Shown here: piece by piece, positions 10,711 to 20,967 of the stretch
Layout of the letters: the number at the start of each line of letters is the position of its first letter
Position numbering within the stretch: position 1 is the first letter of the stretch
NCBI GenBank assembly: GCA_963725665.1
Contig: CAVRZA010000011.1
Span: 606,935 to 670,934, forward strand
Direction of reading: 5' to 3'
Length of the DNA stretch: 64,000 bases
Source: an uncultured Actinomycetes bacterium
GTDB lineage: Bacteria > Actinomycetota > Thermoleophilia > UBA2241
Notes under the pieces: model-generated
Seen by the model: only the letters and a program-made list of their open reading frames with translations
What the model was told of the DNA's origin: nothing
The model's database searches: none
Program-made: the position numbers and the translations under genes

Positions 10711-10786
10711 TGGTGGGCCGCACAGGGATCGAACCTGTGACCTTGGGATTAAAAGTCCCCTGCTCTACCGACTGAGCTAGCGGCCC
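10711..10786 (-). tRNA. tRNA-Lys (TTT)
   Basis: GGGCCGC acceptor stem, AGCTCAGTCGGTAGAGC D-arm, CTTTTAA anticodon loop, GGTTCGATCCC, CCA. TGGTACACT extended -10 at 10798-10806. Confidence 0.97.
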
Positions 10787-10988
10787 CCGGCCGGTGAAGT
10801 GTACCACCGGACCATCCCGTCGAGCTGGGTTGCAGTTGCGCCGCGACGGCACGGTGGTAGCGTTTGGCTGCAGCAGGGATCGCTTGGGGGAGTCCTCTCG
10901 CGACTCGCACGGCCGCCACGCTCGGCTGCGAGGCCGTGGGCAGGGCGGTCCCAACGGGGTGCAATCGGGGGCGACCAAGGGGGGGATC

Positions 10989-12837
10989 ATGACGAACCGA
11001 TGGAACAATGTGCGGCGAGTAGCCCTGCTCGCTGGCGCGGTGGCCGCGCTCACGGCCCTCACCGGAGGCCTCATCGTCTCGCGTGCAGCTGCGGCAAGTC
11101 AGTCTCCGGCGGCGAGTTCTTCAGCGACCACCGGCAAGGTGATGCTCAAGATCGGGTGGATGGAGTCACCCGACAACATGAACCCGTTCATCGGCTGGAG
11201 CAACAACGTCTACGAGATCTACGGCAACGAGTACCTGCGCTTCGTCGAGCGGGACACAAAAACTCTGAAGCCGGGCAGCAAGGGTGTCGCCAAGAGTTGG
11301 GAGGTCTCTCCCGACGGCCTCACGTGGACCTTCCACATCAACAAGGGGATCACCTGGCACGACGGCACGCCGCTGACGGCCGACGATGTCGCCTTCACCT
11401 TCAACTACATCGTCGACAACAACATGCCGCTGCTCAGTACTGCCACCAACAACATCAAGAAGGCCGTCGTCGTCGATCCCTACACGGTGAAGATCATCTG
11501 CACGCGACCCAAGGCGAACATGCTTTACGCGTGGATGATCATCCTGCCCAAGCACATCTGGTCGAAGCTGCCGCCTGATTTCGCGGGCAGCAAGTTCCAG
11601 AACCCGCCGCCCATCATCGGCAACGGTCCCTGGCAGGTCGTCGACTGGAAGCGTAACGACTTCGTCCGGCTGGTCGCGAGGAAGGATTTCTACCTGGGGC
11701 CGCCCAAGATCGATGAGCTCCTCTTCGTCGTCTACCAGAACGCCGATTCGATGGTCGAGGACCTCAAGTCGGGCAACCTCGACGCGGCCTACCTCTTCCC
11801 GGCAGCCCAATACGAGCCGCTCAAGAACACCGCCGGTGTCGCGCTCGAGAAGTACACCTGGTTCAACTGGGACTACCTGGCCTTCAACTGCTACACGGGC
11901 AAGTCACACGGGAACCCGGTGCTGCGTGACCAGCGCTTTCGCGCCGCGCTCGAGTACGCGGTCGACCGCACGCAGATCGTCGACGTCGCCTACAACGGCT
12001 ACGCGATCCCGGGCTACACCTTCATGCCGCCCGGCGACTGGAAGGACCCCGACTACAGCTGGCAGCCCCCCGACGGGGTGCGCCGCGACTTCGACCTCAC
12101 CAAGGCCAACCAGCTGCTCGACCAGGCCGGTTACGCCGACAGCGACGGCGACGGCATCCGCGAGTACAAGGGCAAGGACATCGTGCTGCGCCTGTGGGCC
12201 AACAACGCGTCTCCGGAGAGCCAGCGCGCCTCCAAGCTCATCGCCGGCTGGTTCCGCCAGGTAGGCGTGGGGACCAGGCTCGCGGTCTACGACGACGGCG
12301 TCTACTTCGCCCGCGTCTGGAACTACGACGGCAACACGTTCGCGCCCGACTTCGACATGTACCTCTGGCAGTGGGACGGCTACTTCGACGCCGGCCAGAC
12401 GCTCGACTGCTTCACCAGCGCGCAGATCGAGTACAACAACGAGCTTGCCTGGTCGAACGCGGAGTTCGACCGGCTCGACGCGGTGCAGAACAGGACGCTC
12501 GACCCGTACCAGCGGGCCGAGGTGATCAAGCAGATGCAGCAGGTGATGTACCAGGATGCGCCGGTCATCGTGCTCAGCCATCCCTACAAGCTGGGCGCCT
12601 ATCGCACCGACAAGTGGCAGGGCTGGGAGCCCTCCGACTACGGCAGAGGGCCTGTTTTCGCCGGCCAGATCAACCCGTGGGCGTACTACACCCTGCAGCC
12701 CAAGACGGCTACGGCGGCTGGGGGCGGCACGAGCTCGACCTTGACCGTCGTCATAGTCGTCAGCCGCGGTCGTCGCTGCGGTTGCGGCCTTCTTCCTCGT
12801 GCGGCGCGGGAGGCGCGGACGGGCCGAGGAGGAGTAG
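10989..12837 (+). CDS. ABC transporter substrate-binding protein family 5 (OppA/DppA-like) with C-terminal TM anchor (frameshift near 12762)
   Basis: AKSWEVSPDGLTWTFHI..GITWHDGTPLTADDVAFT and IGNGPW. Alternative frame gives ..AAVVAAVAAFFLVRRGRRGRAEEE* ending at 12837. Confidence 0.9.
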
Positions 12838-13026
12838 GCGGTCAGGCCTGGCCGATACCGGAGTTGACGGTGGGGCGCACCAGGCTGATGCCGGACTGAC
12901 TACGGTCGTGGGTCGCCCGGCAGCAGCGCGTGGAGCACGTGGTCGTTGCTCGCTGTACCGGACCCGTGCCGAGGGTGCAGGGGAGGTAGTCGGCGTCGGC
13001 GATCAGTACAGACGACGGGGCGAGCC

Positions 13027-13509
13027 TTACCATGGGGCACTCCACCACGAGCGGTGATCCTTGACGGTCACAAGCCAGGTGCTGCCCTTCCGGGCATCAC
13101 CTTGACCGCGTAGGCGCCGGGGACCAGGTCGTTGAAGCTGGAGCGTCCCGGAGCTCTTGAGCTCCTCTGTCACTCTGAAGCCACGAGGATGAGCGGCATC
13201 CGGTGGGACCGTCGCGTGGTCCGCGCTGAGCCGGATCCTGACCGCTTGCGCCACGCCCGGCGACACCTGCTCAGCGTCGATCCGCAGCTCGCCTCCCGTA
13301 CGGACCCACAGAACGCTGGCTCTTGAGGTCTCGACCGACCCGACGTCGACCCACTTGGGGACGACGGCCCAGACGGTCACCCCAGCTATGACGCACAGTG
13401 TCCCGATGATGAGCCACTTGAAGGCCCGCCACGACAGCTTCGCCCCTTCGTCGCTTGCGGACGTTCCTTCGGCGTACTTGCCGGCCTTGCCGAACTCGGT
13501 ACCGCTCGT
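13027..13509 (-). CDS. Hypothetical membrane-anchored protein
   Basis: Open frame extends upstream of the listed ORF through a TM helix (WLIIGTLCVIAGVTVWAVV) to an ACG 5 nt after GGAGG. Confidence 0.5.
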   Translation of the reverse strand, partial: TSGTEFGKAGKYAEGTSASDEGAKLSWRAFKWLIIGTLCVIAGVTVWAVVPKWVDVGSVETSRASVLWVRTGGELRIDAEQVSPGVAQAVRIRLSADHATVPPDAAHPRGFRVTEELKSSGTLQLQRPGPRRLRGQGDARKGSTWLVTVKDHRSWWSAPW

Positions 13510-13530
13510 GGCGGCCTCCGATCGGGACCG

Positions 13531-15072
13531 CTAGTGCAGGAAGTGGCGCCGGCTGGTGAAGACGAGCGCGGCGCCGTGCTCGTCGCAGGCGTTCACGACA
13601 TCGTCGTCACGCTTCGAGCCCCCGGGCTCCATGAAGGCCATGATGCCGTTCTCCATGGCGAGCTCGGGTGCGTCCTGGAAGGGGAAGAACGCGTCGGAGC
13701 CGATCGAGGCGCCCTTGAGGTCGCCGCGCGCCTTCTCGATGGCGATACGCGTCGAGTCGACGCGGCTCATCTGCCCCGCTCCGACGCCCAGCGTGGCCAG
13801 GTTCTTGGCGATGACGATGGCGTTGGACTTGACGTGTTTGGCCACGCGCTGGGCGAAGATCAGGTCGCCCCACTCGGCCTCGGTCGGGTGGCGCTTGGTC
13901 ACGACTTTCATCTGGTCGCGCTCTTCGATATCGGTGTCCTTGTCCTGCACGAGCACGCCGCCCAGGACGCGTTTGTAGTCCATGTCGCCCGGGTTCATCT
14001 GGCGACGCTCCTTGTCGACCAGGATGCGGATGTCAGCCTTCTTCGTCAGGATCTCGAGCGCGTCGGGGTCGAAGCCGGGTGCGAAGAGCACCTCGATGAA
14101 CAATTCCGCCATGCGCTCCGCCGTCTCGACGTCGACAAGGCGGTTGACGGCGATCACCGAGCCGAAGGCGCTCACGGGATCGCACTCGTAGGCCTTCTCG
14201 TAGGCGCTGCCGAGCTTGTCCCCGAGGGCGCAGCCGCAGGGGTTGTTGTGCTTGATGATGACGCAGCAGGGCAGAGCGAACTCGCTGGCGATGGCGCGCG
14301 CGGCGTTCAGGTCGTAGAGGTTGTTGAACGAGAGCTGCTTGCCGTGCAGCTGGGTGACGCGCGAGAGGAGGTGGCGCCTGGCGCCGACCTCGGCGTAGTA
14401 GGCCGCGCGCTGGTGCGGGTTCTCGCCGTAGTTGAGGTCCATGACCTTCTCGTAGTCGCGCAGGATGTGGCCGGGGAAGTCACCCTCGGTCTCGCTGAAC
14501 CAGTTGGCGATGACGGTGTCGTAGTGCGCCGTGCGGTGAAAGGCCTTGGTCGCCAGAGCGCGCAGCGTCTCGATCTTGAGCTCGCCCCCGCCGGCCTTGA
14601 GCTCCTCGAGGACGGGTTCGTAGTCCCCGGGGTCGGTGACCACGGCGACGCCGGCGTGGTTCTTGGCCGCCGCCCTGATCATCGTCGGCCCACCGATGTC
14701 GATGTTCTCGATGACGACCTCTTCGGTGACCCCGCGGCGGCCGGCTACCTCCTCGAAGGGGTAGAGGCTCACGACGACCATGTCGATGGGTTTGATGTCG
14801 TGTTCGGCGATCGTGCGCATGTGCTCGGGCACGTCGCGCTTGGCGAGGATGCCGGCCTGCACCTTCGGGTGCATGGTCTTGACCCGTCCGTCGAGCATCT
14901 CGGGGAAGCCGGTGACGTCTTCGACCAGCGTGACGGGGATGCCGGCTTCACTGAGCGTGCGGGCGGTGCCGCCCGTCGAGATGATCTCGACGCCGAGGTC
15001 GGTGAGGCCGCGGGCGAACGTCTCAAGACCGCGCTTGTTGAACACAGAGATGAGGGCACGCTGGACCTTCAC
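13531..15072 (-). CDS. purH: Bifunctional AICAR transformylase/IMP cyclohydrolase
   Basis: RALISV, STGGTA, GRVKTMHP, IDIGGP, YGENPHQ, HVKSNAI, GAGQMSR, SDAFFPF. Confidence 0.98.
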   Translation of the reverse strand: MKVQRALISVFNKRGLETFARGLTDLGVEIISTGGTARTLSEAGIPVTLVEDVTGFPEMLDGRVKTMHPKVQAGILAKRDVPEHMRTIAEHDIKPIDMVVVSLYPFEEVAGRRGVTEEVVIENIDIGGPTMIRAAAKNHAGVAVVTDPGDYEPVLEELKAGGGELKIETLRALATKAFHRTAHYDTVIANWFSETEGDFPGHILRDYEKVMDLNYGENPHQRAAYYAEVGARRHLLSRVTQLHGKQLSFNNLYDLNAARAIASEFALPCCVIIKHNNPCGCALGDKLGSAYEKAYECDPVSAFGSVIAVNRLVDVETAERMAELFIEVLFAPGFDPDALEILTKKADIRILVDKERRQMNPGDMDYKRVLGGVLVQDKDTDIEERDQMKVVTKRHPTEAEWGDLIFAQRVAKHVKSNAIVIAKNLATLGVGAGQMSRVDSTRIAIEKARGDLKGASIGSDAFFPFQDAPELAMENGIMAFMEPGGSKRDDDVVNACDEHGAALVFTSRRHFLH

Positions 15073-15194
15073 GAGGGACTCCTTTGTCGGCGTGGCTCGG
15101 CGCGAGTCTATAGGGTGGGACTGCGGCGGTCGAGGGGGGTCGTACTGAAGGTCGCGAGGGTACCAGCGCCGCCTCGCCGGGCGGCTGCGGTCGG

Positions 15195-15629
15195 CTATGC
15201 CGAGCGCTCGACCTTTGGCGATTGGTCGCGAGCTCCCCGCGCCAGGACGAACCCGAGGAGCCCGGCGCCGACCAGCACGACCCCCGCGACGAGCCACGGT
15301 CGGGGGTCGGGGTACTGGTCGGCGCCGCTCGCCGTTGCAGTGTGCCAGTACACCGTGCCGGGCCCCTTGCGGTTGAGCCAGGCGATGACGAGGGCGACGA
15401 CGCCGGCCCCGCCGAGAAGTCCGAACGCGGGGCGGTGGAGGCGTCGCGCGGCGGCCAAGACGATGAGCGCGACGACCGCCGCAAGCCCGAACATGGGGCC
15501 TGGCCCGAGCCAGCTTATGCTGCCCAAGGCGACCATCGCACCGGCTGCAGCCCAGGCTGCGAACTGCCACCAGTCGCCGGACGTCGGGCGGGTAGGTGTC
15601 GAACGATGTGTGGCAGTCTGCGTCGTCAC
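15195..15629 (-). CDS. Hypothetical integral membrane protein (about 4 TM)
   Basis: GTG 15629 after GAGG. Four hydrophobic segments. Confidence 0.65.
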   Translation of the reverse strand: MTTQTATHRSTPTRPTSGDWWQFAAWAAAGAMVALGSISWLGPGPMFGLAAVVALIVLAAARRLHRPAFGLLGGAGVVALVIAWLNRKGPGTVYWHTATASGADQYPDPRPWLVAGVVLVGAGLLGFVLARGARDQSPKVERSA

Positions 15630-15723
15630 AGAGCGACCTCTGAGCTTGGATGGTGTTCCTCGGGTAAGTGTACCGCGCTCGGTGGTGCTGTGAACGGACG
15701 GTCGGAGGGCCGACGGCGGGCGG

Positions 15724-16783
15724 TCAGCCGAGGCGGGCGACGCGCTCGCCGCGTACGCTCGTCCGGGCCTTGGCGGAGGCCTCGGCGAGCGCGTCGCCCG
15801 CCTCGGCCACGATGCCGACGACCGCCGCCGCCTTGTCGCGCGGCTTGAGCTTGTCTCCCGGCTTCGGCTTTGGCCAGCAGGCGCACGGCGTCGATGACGG
15901 CCTCCCGCCCTCCACGGGCGAACGACTTCGCCAGGTCGATGGTGGGCGCGACGTCGGCGCTGGCGGCGGCGAACTCCGCCGCCGCCAGCGCGTAGGCGTT
16001 CCCGTTGAAGCTCAACGCGACGCCGCCCTCGTCGCGCACGGCGTTCAGGGCCGGTACGTCGGTGATGGAGTCTCCCACGTACATCACGTTCGCCAGCGTC
16101 GTCTCGTTCTCGGCGGCGACCTCGAGCAGCTCGGTGAGCTTGGCGCCGCCGCCGATGGGACGCACCTCGTCGAGCATCCGGCCGCTCTCGAGGCCCTCCA
16201 TCGCGTACCAGAAGAGCTGGTTGAGCTCGCCCACGGTGCGCTGGTCCCGGGGCGAGAGGTCGGCCATAGAGGTCGCTCCCTCTGGGATGTCGATCACCGG
16301 GCGCGCCAGGATCGCCAGCGCCTGCTCGCGCAGCCACTCCTTCTCTCCTTGGGGCATGCGCCGGGCGTCGAGGGTCACGTCGGTGCAGCGTACGTGTTCG
16401 AACGGGAAGCGCGTCACGTCGCAGAGCGCGCGCAAGTAGGGCGTGTACGAGGTCGAGATGACGTAGGCCGGCAGCAGAGGCGTGAGCTCATCGATCAGCT
16501 TCAAGACGCCGGGGACGAGGAGGACGTTCTCGGCGCTGAACTGCTCGACCTCCTCGTCGCTGACCTCGTAGGCGAGCAGGAACGGCGGCAGCAAGCGCAG
16601 TGTGTCGCCGGCGTTGTAGCCGGGCCGCTGCTCGACGTCGGCGAGAAAGTCGTCGTAGCGCGACAGGCGGGCGAAGAGCTCGTCCCCCGCGGGGATGAAG
16701 CGCTCGGCGATCTCGAGGGCGTTGTCGTTGCGCGAGAGGGGCCCCTCGCAGTCGGTGACGAAGATGCGGCGGATGTGGTTCAC
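15724..16783 (-). CDS. HAD-superfamily hydrolase, EhaR/AF1437-like (frameshift near 15880)
   Basis: FVTDCEGP (motif I variant), VISTSY (II), GGGAK (III), YVGDSITD (IV). C-terminus ..VRGERVARLG* lies in another frame. Confidence 0.8.
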
Positions 16784-16784
16784 C

Positions 16785-17663
16785 CTACGACCTCGCTCTG
16801 AGCTCCCCCTCGACGAGGGCCGTGAGGTCTACCGGCAGGTCGAGCGGCGCACCCGTGTCGGGGTCACGAGCGTACACCACGCCCGCGTCCGCGCACAGGT
16901 CGCCGAGCACGAACTGCCTCACGGTCTGGTAAAGGAGCGGGATCTCGCGCTCCTCGCCGCGGCGGCGGATCTCGGCGAAGAGAGGCTCGGCCTCGCCCTC
17001 GGCGTCGCTGACGCCGTCGAGGCCGAGCCTCTCTTCTTTGGCCAGATACTCCCGCCAGAGCGCGTCCCACTCGTCGCCCCTGATGGGGAAGCGGACGAGG
17101 GCGATCGCCGGCCCGCGGTCGAGCTCAGCCGTCGCCAGGTGCATCATCGCCCCGGTCTCGGCGGCGCGGGCGCGAAGGAGCTCCCAGATGACCTCCTGCC
17201 AGGTTCCCGTTGGTCCGCCGGGGAGCGCCGGGTGGAGGTTGAGGAGCGGGTAGCGGGCGCACATCTGGGGGCTCGCGATGAGCATGTAACCGGCCAGCAC
17301 GAGCACGTCGAGGTCGCGGAACTTCAGCTCCCACATGACCTCGTCGTGGAACTGTTCGCGCCAGAGCGTGCGGCAGGCTACCGGGTCGACGTCGCAGTCG
17401 CTCAGCCGCTCCCGCCAGCGCCGCCGGCTGGCCGTGCTCGAGATCGCCGCTACATCGAACCCGAGGCCCTGGGCGGTCTCGAGGAAGCGGTCGCTCGCCT
17501 CGCTCTCGCCGGGCTCGCGGTCACAGAACACGCAGGCGATGTCGAGAGGCAGCCCGTCTGAGGCGGCGCGGCGCACGACCTCTTCGAGGAGGCGCCGCGC
17601 CGCCACGTCGCGTCCGGTCGAGAGCCAGCCGATGCGCGCCGGTCCGCGCTCGGGACGGATCAC
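16785..17663 (-). CDS. purN: Divergent PurN-like formyltransferase
   Basis: VLAGYML, LNLHPALP and ELDRGP keep the catalytic Asn/His/Asp. Atypical N-terminus IGWLSTGRD and a C-terminal insertion. Confidence 0.75.
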   Translation of the reverse strand: MIRPERGPARIGWLSTGRDVAARRLLEEVVRRAASDGLPLDIACVFCDREPGESEASDRFLETAQGLGFDVAAISSTASRRRWRERLSDCDVDPVACRTLWREQFHDEVMWELKFRDLDVLVLAGYMLIASPQMCARYPLLNLHPALPGGPTGTWQEVIWELLRARAAETGAMMHLATAELDRGPAIALVRFPIRGDEWDALWREYLAKEERLGLDGVSDAEGEAEPLFAEIRRRGEEREIPLLYQTVRQFVLGDLCADAGVVYARDPDTGAPLDLPVDLTALVEGELRARS

Positions 17664-18649
17664 CGTCCAGCCTCGCCCAGCGCGCGCTCGTCTGCGACTC
17701 GCGCGCGCCATTGCTCCTCGCTCGGGTAGGTCGACCGGCCGATCCCGGTGATGCCTTGAGAAGCGGCCCAGGCGGCGAGGTGGCCGGCCGCTTCGAGGCC
17801 GAGACCCTCCAAGAGGCCGCCGATGAACCCGGCGGCGAACAGGTCGCCGGCGCCGGTCACATCGACGACCTCCGCGGGGTGGGGCGGCACGTAGAGGTCG
17901 AGTCGCTTGCCGATGATGCGCGCTCCCCGCGCGCCCATCTTGCAGACGACGAGGCCCGTGCCGACCTTGAGCAGGAACTCGACCGCCTCGTGTGGCTGGA
18001 GTCCGCAGAGCAGCCCGAGCTCGCTCTCGGTGGCGAACACGAACGAGGCGCGCTTGAGGAACGGGATGAAGCTCTTGACGCCACGGCGGGCGTAGATCTC
18101 GCCGGGGTCGAACGCGACCTCGACCTCGCCCGGTAGGCGCTCGAGCAGGCGGAGCTGGGTCTCGAGCGGCTTCTCGCCCACGAACGAAGAGAAGTAGGCG
18201 TAGCGCGTTGTCGGCGCGTGTCGCGGAAGGTCCTTCACGTCGAACTCGTCGTTGGCCCCCGGCCAGACGAAGTTGCGGCGCTCGCCGGCGTCGTCGAGGA
18301 GGATGTAGACGCGCCCGCTCACGCCGGCTCGGCGCACGTAGCGGCCATCGACCGCGCCCAGCTCGTGGAGGAGGAACTCGCCCGTGGCGTCCTCGCCCAC
18401 CCGTCCCATCATGGCGACGGAGAACCCCATGCGGCCGAGGGCGTAGGCGGCGTTGGCCGCCTGTCCACCGCCCGACTGTCGGGGCTCGAGGTAGGCCACG
18501 GCGTCGTCGATGAACTGTCGCAGCTCCTCGGTGAGGCTCTGCTCGGAGCCCGGCGGCGGCAGCTCGCCCCACAGCGGGAAGCTCGCCGGCAGCCGGTAGA
18601 TCAGGTCGAGGTTGAGCGCCCCGCAGCCGACGAGGTCGTACGATCTCAC
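17660..18649 (-). CDS. PfkB/ribokinase family kinase
   Basis: GALNLD, GGQAANAAYALGRMG, GRVGED, VVDVTGAGDLFAAGF. Confidence 0.92.
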   Translation of the reverse strand: MRSYDLVGCGALNLDLIYRLPASFPLWGELPPPGSEQSLTEELRQFIDDAVAYLEPRQSGGGQAANAAYALGRMGFSVAMMGRVGEDATGEFLLHELGAVDGRYVRRAGVSGRVYILLDDAGERRNFVWPGANDEFDVKDLPRHAPTTRYAYFSSFVGEKPLETQLRLLERLPGEVEVAFDPGEIYARRGVKSFIPFLKRASFVFATESELGLLCGLQPHEAVEFLLKVGTGLVVCKMGARGARIIGKRLDLYVPPHPAEVVDVTGAGDLFAAGFIGGLLEGLGLEAAGHLAAWAASQGITGIGRSTYPSEEQWRARVADERALGEAGR

Positions 18650-19701
18650 AGCGCCAGCTCGCCTCGGTAGCACACCACGTCTCCGCCGTCGCGCCGCACG
18701 ACCTCGCCGACGACGCGCGCGGCGAACCCACCGCGCTCGATCACGTCGAGAGCCTTGAGCGTCTGTCCGACGGGCAAGATGACGACCATGCCGAGGCCGC
18801 AGTTGAAGGTCCGCAGCATCTCGTCACGGCTCACGCCGAGGCTGTGGAGCCAGGGGAAGACCGGCGGCGGGGTCCAGCTCGAGAGGTCGATGAGCGCGCC
18901 GAGCCCTTCGGCCACGGCGCGCCCGACGTTGTCGGGAAAGCCGCCGCCGGTGATGTGCGCCGCGGCGTGCACCTCGCAACCGTGTCCGAGGTCGTGCAAC
19001 ACGGGGCTGTAGATGGCCGTCGGCGTGAGGAGCACCTCGCCGACGGTCCGCTCGACATCGGTGGTGAAACGGTCGCCGAGGCCGATCGCGTGGTCGCGCA
19101 GCAGCGCGCGCACCAGGGAGAAGCCGTTCGAGTGCAGTCCGGTCGAGTCGATGCCGACGAGCGCGTCGCCCTCGCGGACGTTCGCCGGCCCCCAGAGCTC
19201 GTCCTTCGCGGCGAGACCGACGGCGAACCCGGCCATGTCAAAGTCGCTGTCGTCCTTGAAATGGCCGGGATGCTCGGCGGTCTCGCCGCCCAGCAGCACG
19301 CAGCCGGCCCGCAGGCAACCCTCGTCGACGCCGGCCACGAGCTCGGCCACCTGCTCGGGGTCGACCTTGCCGATCACGAGGTAGTCGAGGAAGAAGAGCG
19401 GCACGGCGCCGACGGCGGAGACGTCGTTGACGCTCATCGCCACGAGGTCGATGCCGACCGTGTCCAGGCGGCCCATCTCCCTGGCGATGAGCACCTTCGT
19501 GCCCACGCCGTCGGTCCCGGCCACCAGCACAGCGTCCTTGATCGGCGGCAGCCGCATCACGCCTCCGAAGCCGCCGATGCCCTCGACCACCAGTGGGTGT
19601 CGCGTCGAGCGCAGACGCTCCTTGAGCAGACGCACGGCTTCGTTTCCGGCCGCGATATCGACGCCGGCGTCCTTGTAGGTGAACCCGTGATCCTCGCTCA
19701 T
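18646..19701 (-). CDS. purM: AIR synthetase
   Basis: YKDAGVDI, TDGVGTK, GGETAEHPG, GLHSNGFSL, HITGGG, TFNCGLG. Confidence 0.98.
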   Translation of the reverse strand: MSEDHGFTYKDAGVDIAAGNEAVRLLKERLRSTRHPLVVEGIGGFGGVMRLPPIKDAVLVAGTDGVGTKVLIAREMGRLDTVGIDLVAMSVNDVSAVGAVPLFFLDYLVIGKVDPEQVAELVAGVDEGCLRAGCVLLGGETAEHPGHFKDDSDFDMAGFAVGLAAKDELWGPANVREGDALVGIDSTGLHSNGFSLVRALLRDHAIGLGDRFTTDVERTVGEVLLTPTAIYSPVLHDLGHGCEVHAAAHITGGGFPDNVGRAVAEGLGALIDLSSWTPPPVFPWLHSLGVSRDEMLRTFNCGLGMVVILPVGQTLKALDVIERGGFAARVVGEVVRRDGGDVVCYRGELAL

Positions 19702-19935
19702 CGTCCCCGTGCGCCTCCCGGAAGGGATGCCGCACTCGCCCGGCGGCGAAGCGGCGAGAGCCATTCTACGGCACGAGAGGCGCCTGCGGCGCAACAAGCG
19801 ACCTTGGCGTGCCTCGTCGTGCAGCCGAGTCCGGCAACCTGTTGTGGGCATCAGCGAGTGAGCGGGCGGCGTGGACGCCACCGGCGTCGTCTGAGAGGCT
19901 AGCGACCGCGAGGCCAGAGACGGGAGGGAGGACTC

Positions 19936-20926
19936 ATGGGAACAGAGCAGATGGCACGCACGCGACGCGCGCGCCGCGGCGGATCGCCTGCGCGCGGTCG
20001 CCGATATCGTCGCGGCGCCGGACTTCGTGCGTCCGCACCTGGGGTCCTTCTACGAGCCCGACGACCTGACGCTGCTCGAGGCGCTCGGCGCCGGCGAGCG
20101 GCCGGTCGGCGATCTGCTCGCGGAGTTGCCCGCAGTGACGCCTGAGGGTCTGCGCCGCGCCCACCGCCGCGCCGTGATCACCCTCTCGCAGCGACGCCAC
20201 GAAGGCCGCCGCCGCCTCCTTCTCCGACCGCTTCGAAGCGTGGATCGTCTTCGAAGGCTGGAGGGATCTGCCGGCCTCCGTGCGCGAGCGCCTCGCGGCG
20301 TGGGACCTCGACAAGTACGTCGAGGAGATCAGAGAGCCCGTCGCGCAGATGGCCGCTGGCCGCAGGCCCAAAGAGGGCACCGGCAACGACACCTTCGTCC
20401 TGCTGGACGAGGCCGAGGCCATCGTCAGGGAGGCGAAGAGGGTGTTCGTCCGGCCCTGCTCCTGCCGCCGCATCGCGCAGACCTGCGACAAACCGGTCGA
20501 CGTCTGCCTGTGGATGGACGAGGACGAGCGCGACGAGGGCTGGGAGATCTCACGCGAGCGCGCGATCGAGATTCTGCACGAGGCGGACGGGGCCGGTCTC
20601 ATGCGCACCGCCAACGACGCCGACACCGCGGCCGCCACCTGGATCTGCTGCTGCTGCCCCGACTGCTGCTACCCTCTCCTCGCCGGCCGAGCGTCTGGGG
20701 GCCGCCGACGTCTATCCGACCCGCCGCTACCTCGCCGCCCTCGACGACGATGCCTGCACGCGCTGCGGCATCTGCGTGCGGCGCTGCCCCTTCGTGGCCT
20801 GGAGCCTGCTTGGGAAGGGAGAAGATCGAGTGCTGCGTCTGGAGGAGCTCGAGTGCCGCGGCTGTGGCGTGTGCGCCACGGGCTGTCCCGAGGGCGCGAT
20901 CACGATGATGAAGCGGCAGGCGGTGA
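19936..20926 (+). CDS. 4Fe-4S dicluster ferredoxin-domain protein (several frameshifts; end approximate)
   Basis: PCSCR..TC..PVDVC, ICCCCPDCC, then CTRCGICVRRCP and CRGCGVCATGCP across frames. Confidence 0.75.
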
Positions 20927-20967
20927 GCGGCACTTCCCTGCAGTCTCGCCCACGTCCGGGAGTCGAC

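Noticed and set aside
15073-15195. ZMP/ZTP riboswitch upstream of purH
   Set aside because: The conserved elements (GACUGGCG, GUGGG, CGCCUGGGC) are not present in order. Only a TAGACT -10-like box is seen.
15724-16783. Energy-converting hydrogenase subunit
   Set aside because: The EhaR-like name reflects gene context in methanogens. No hydrogenase genes are present and the protein has HAD motifs.
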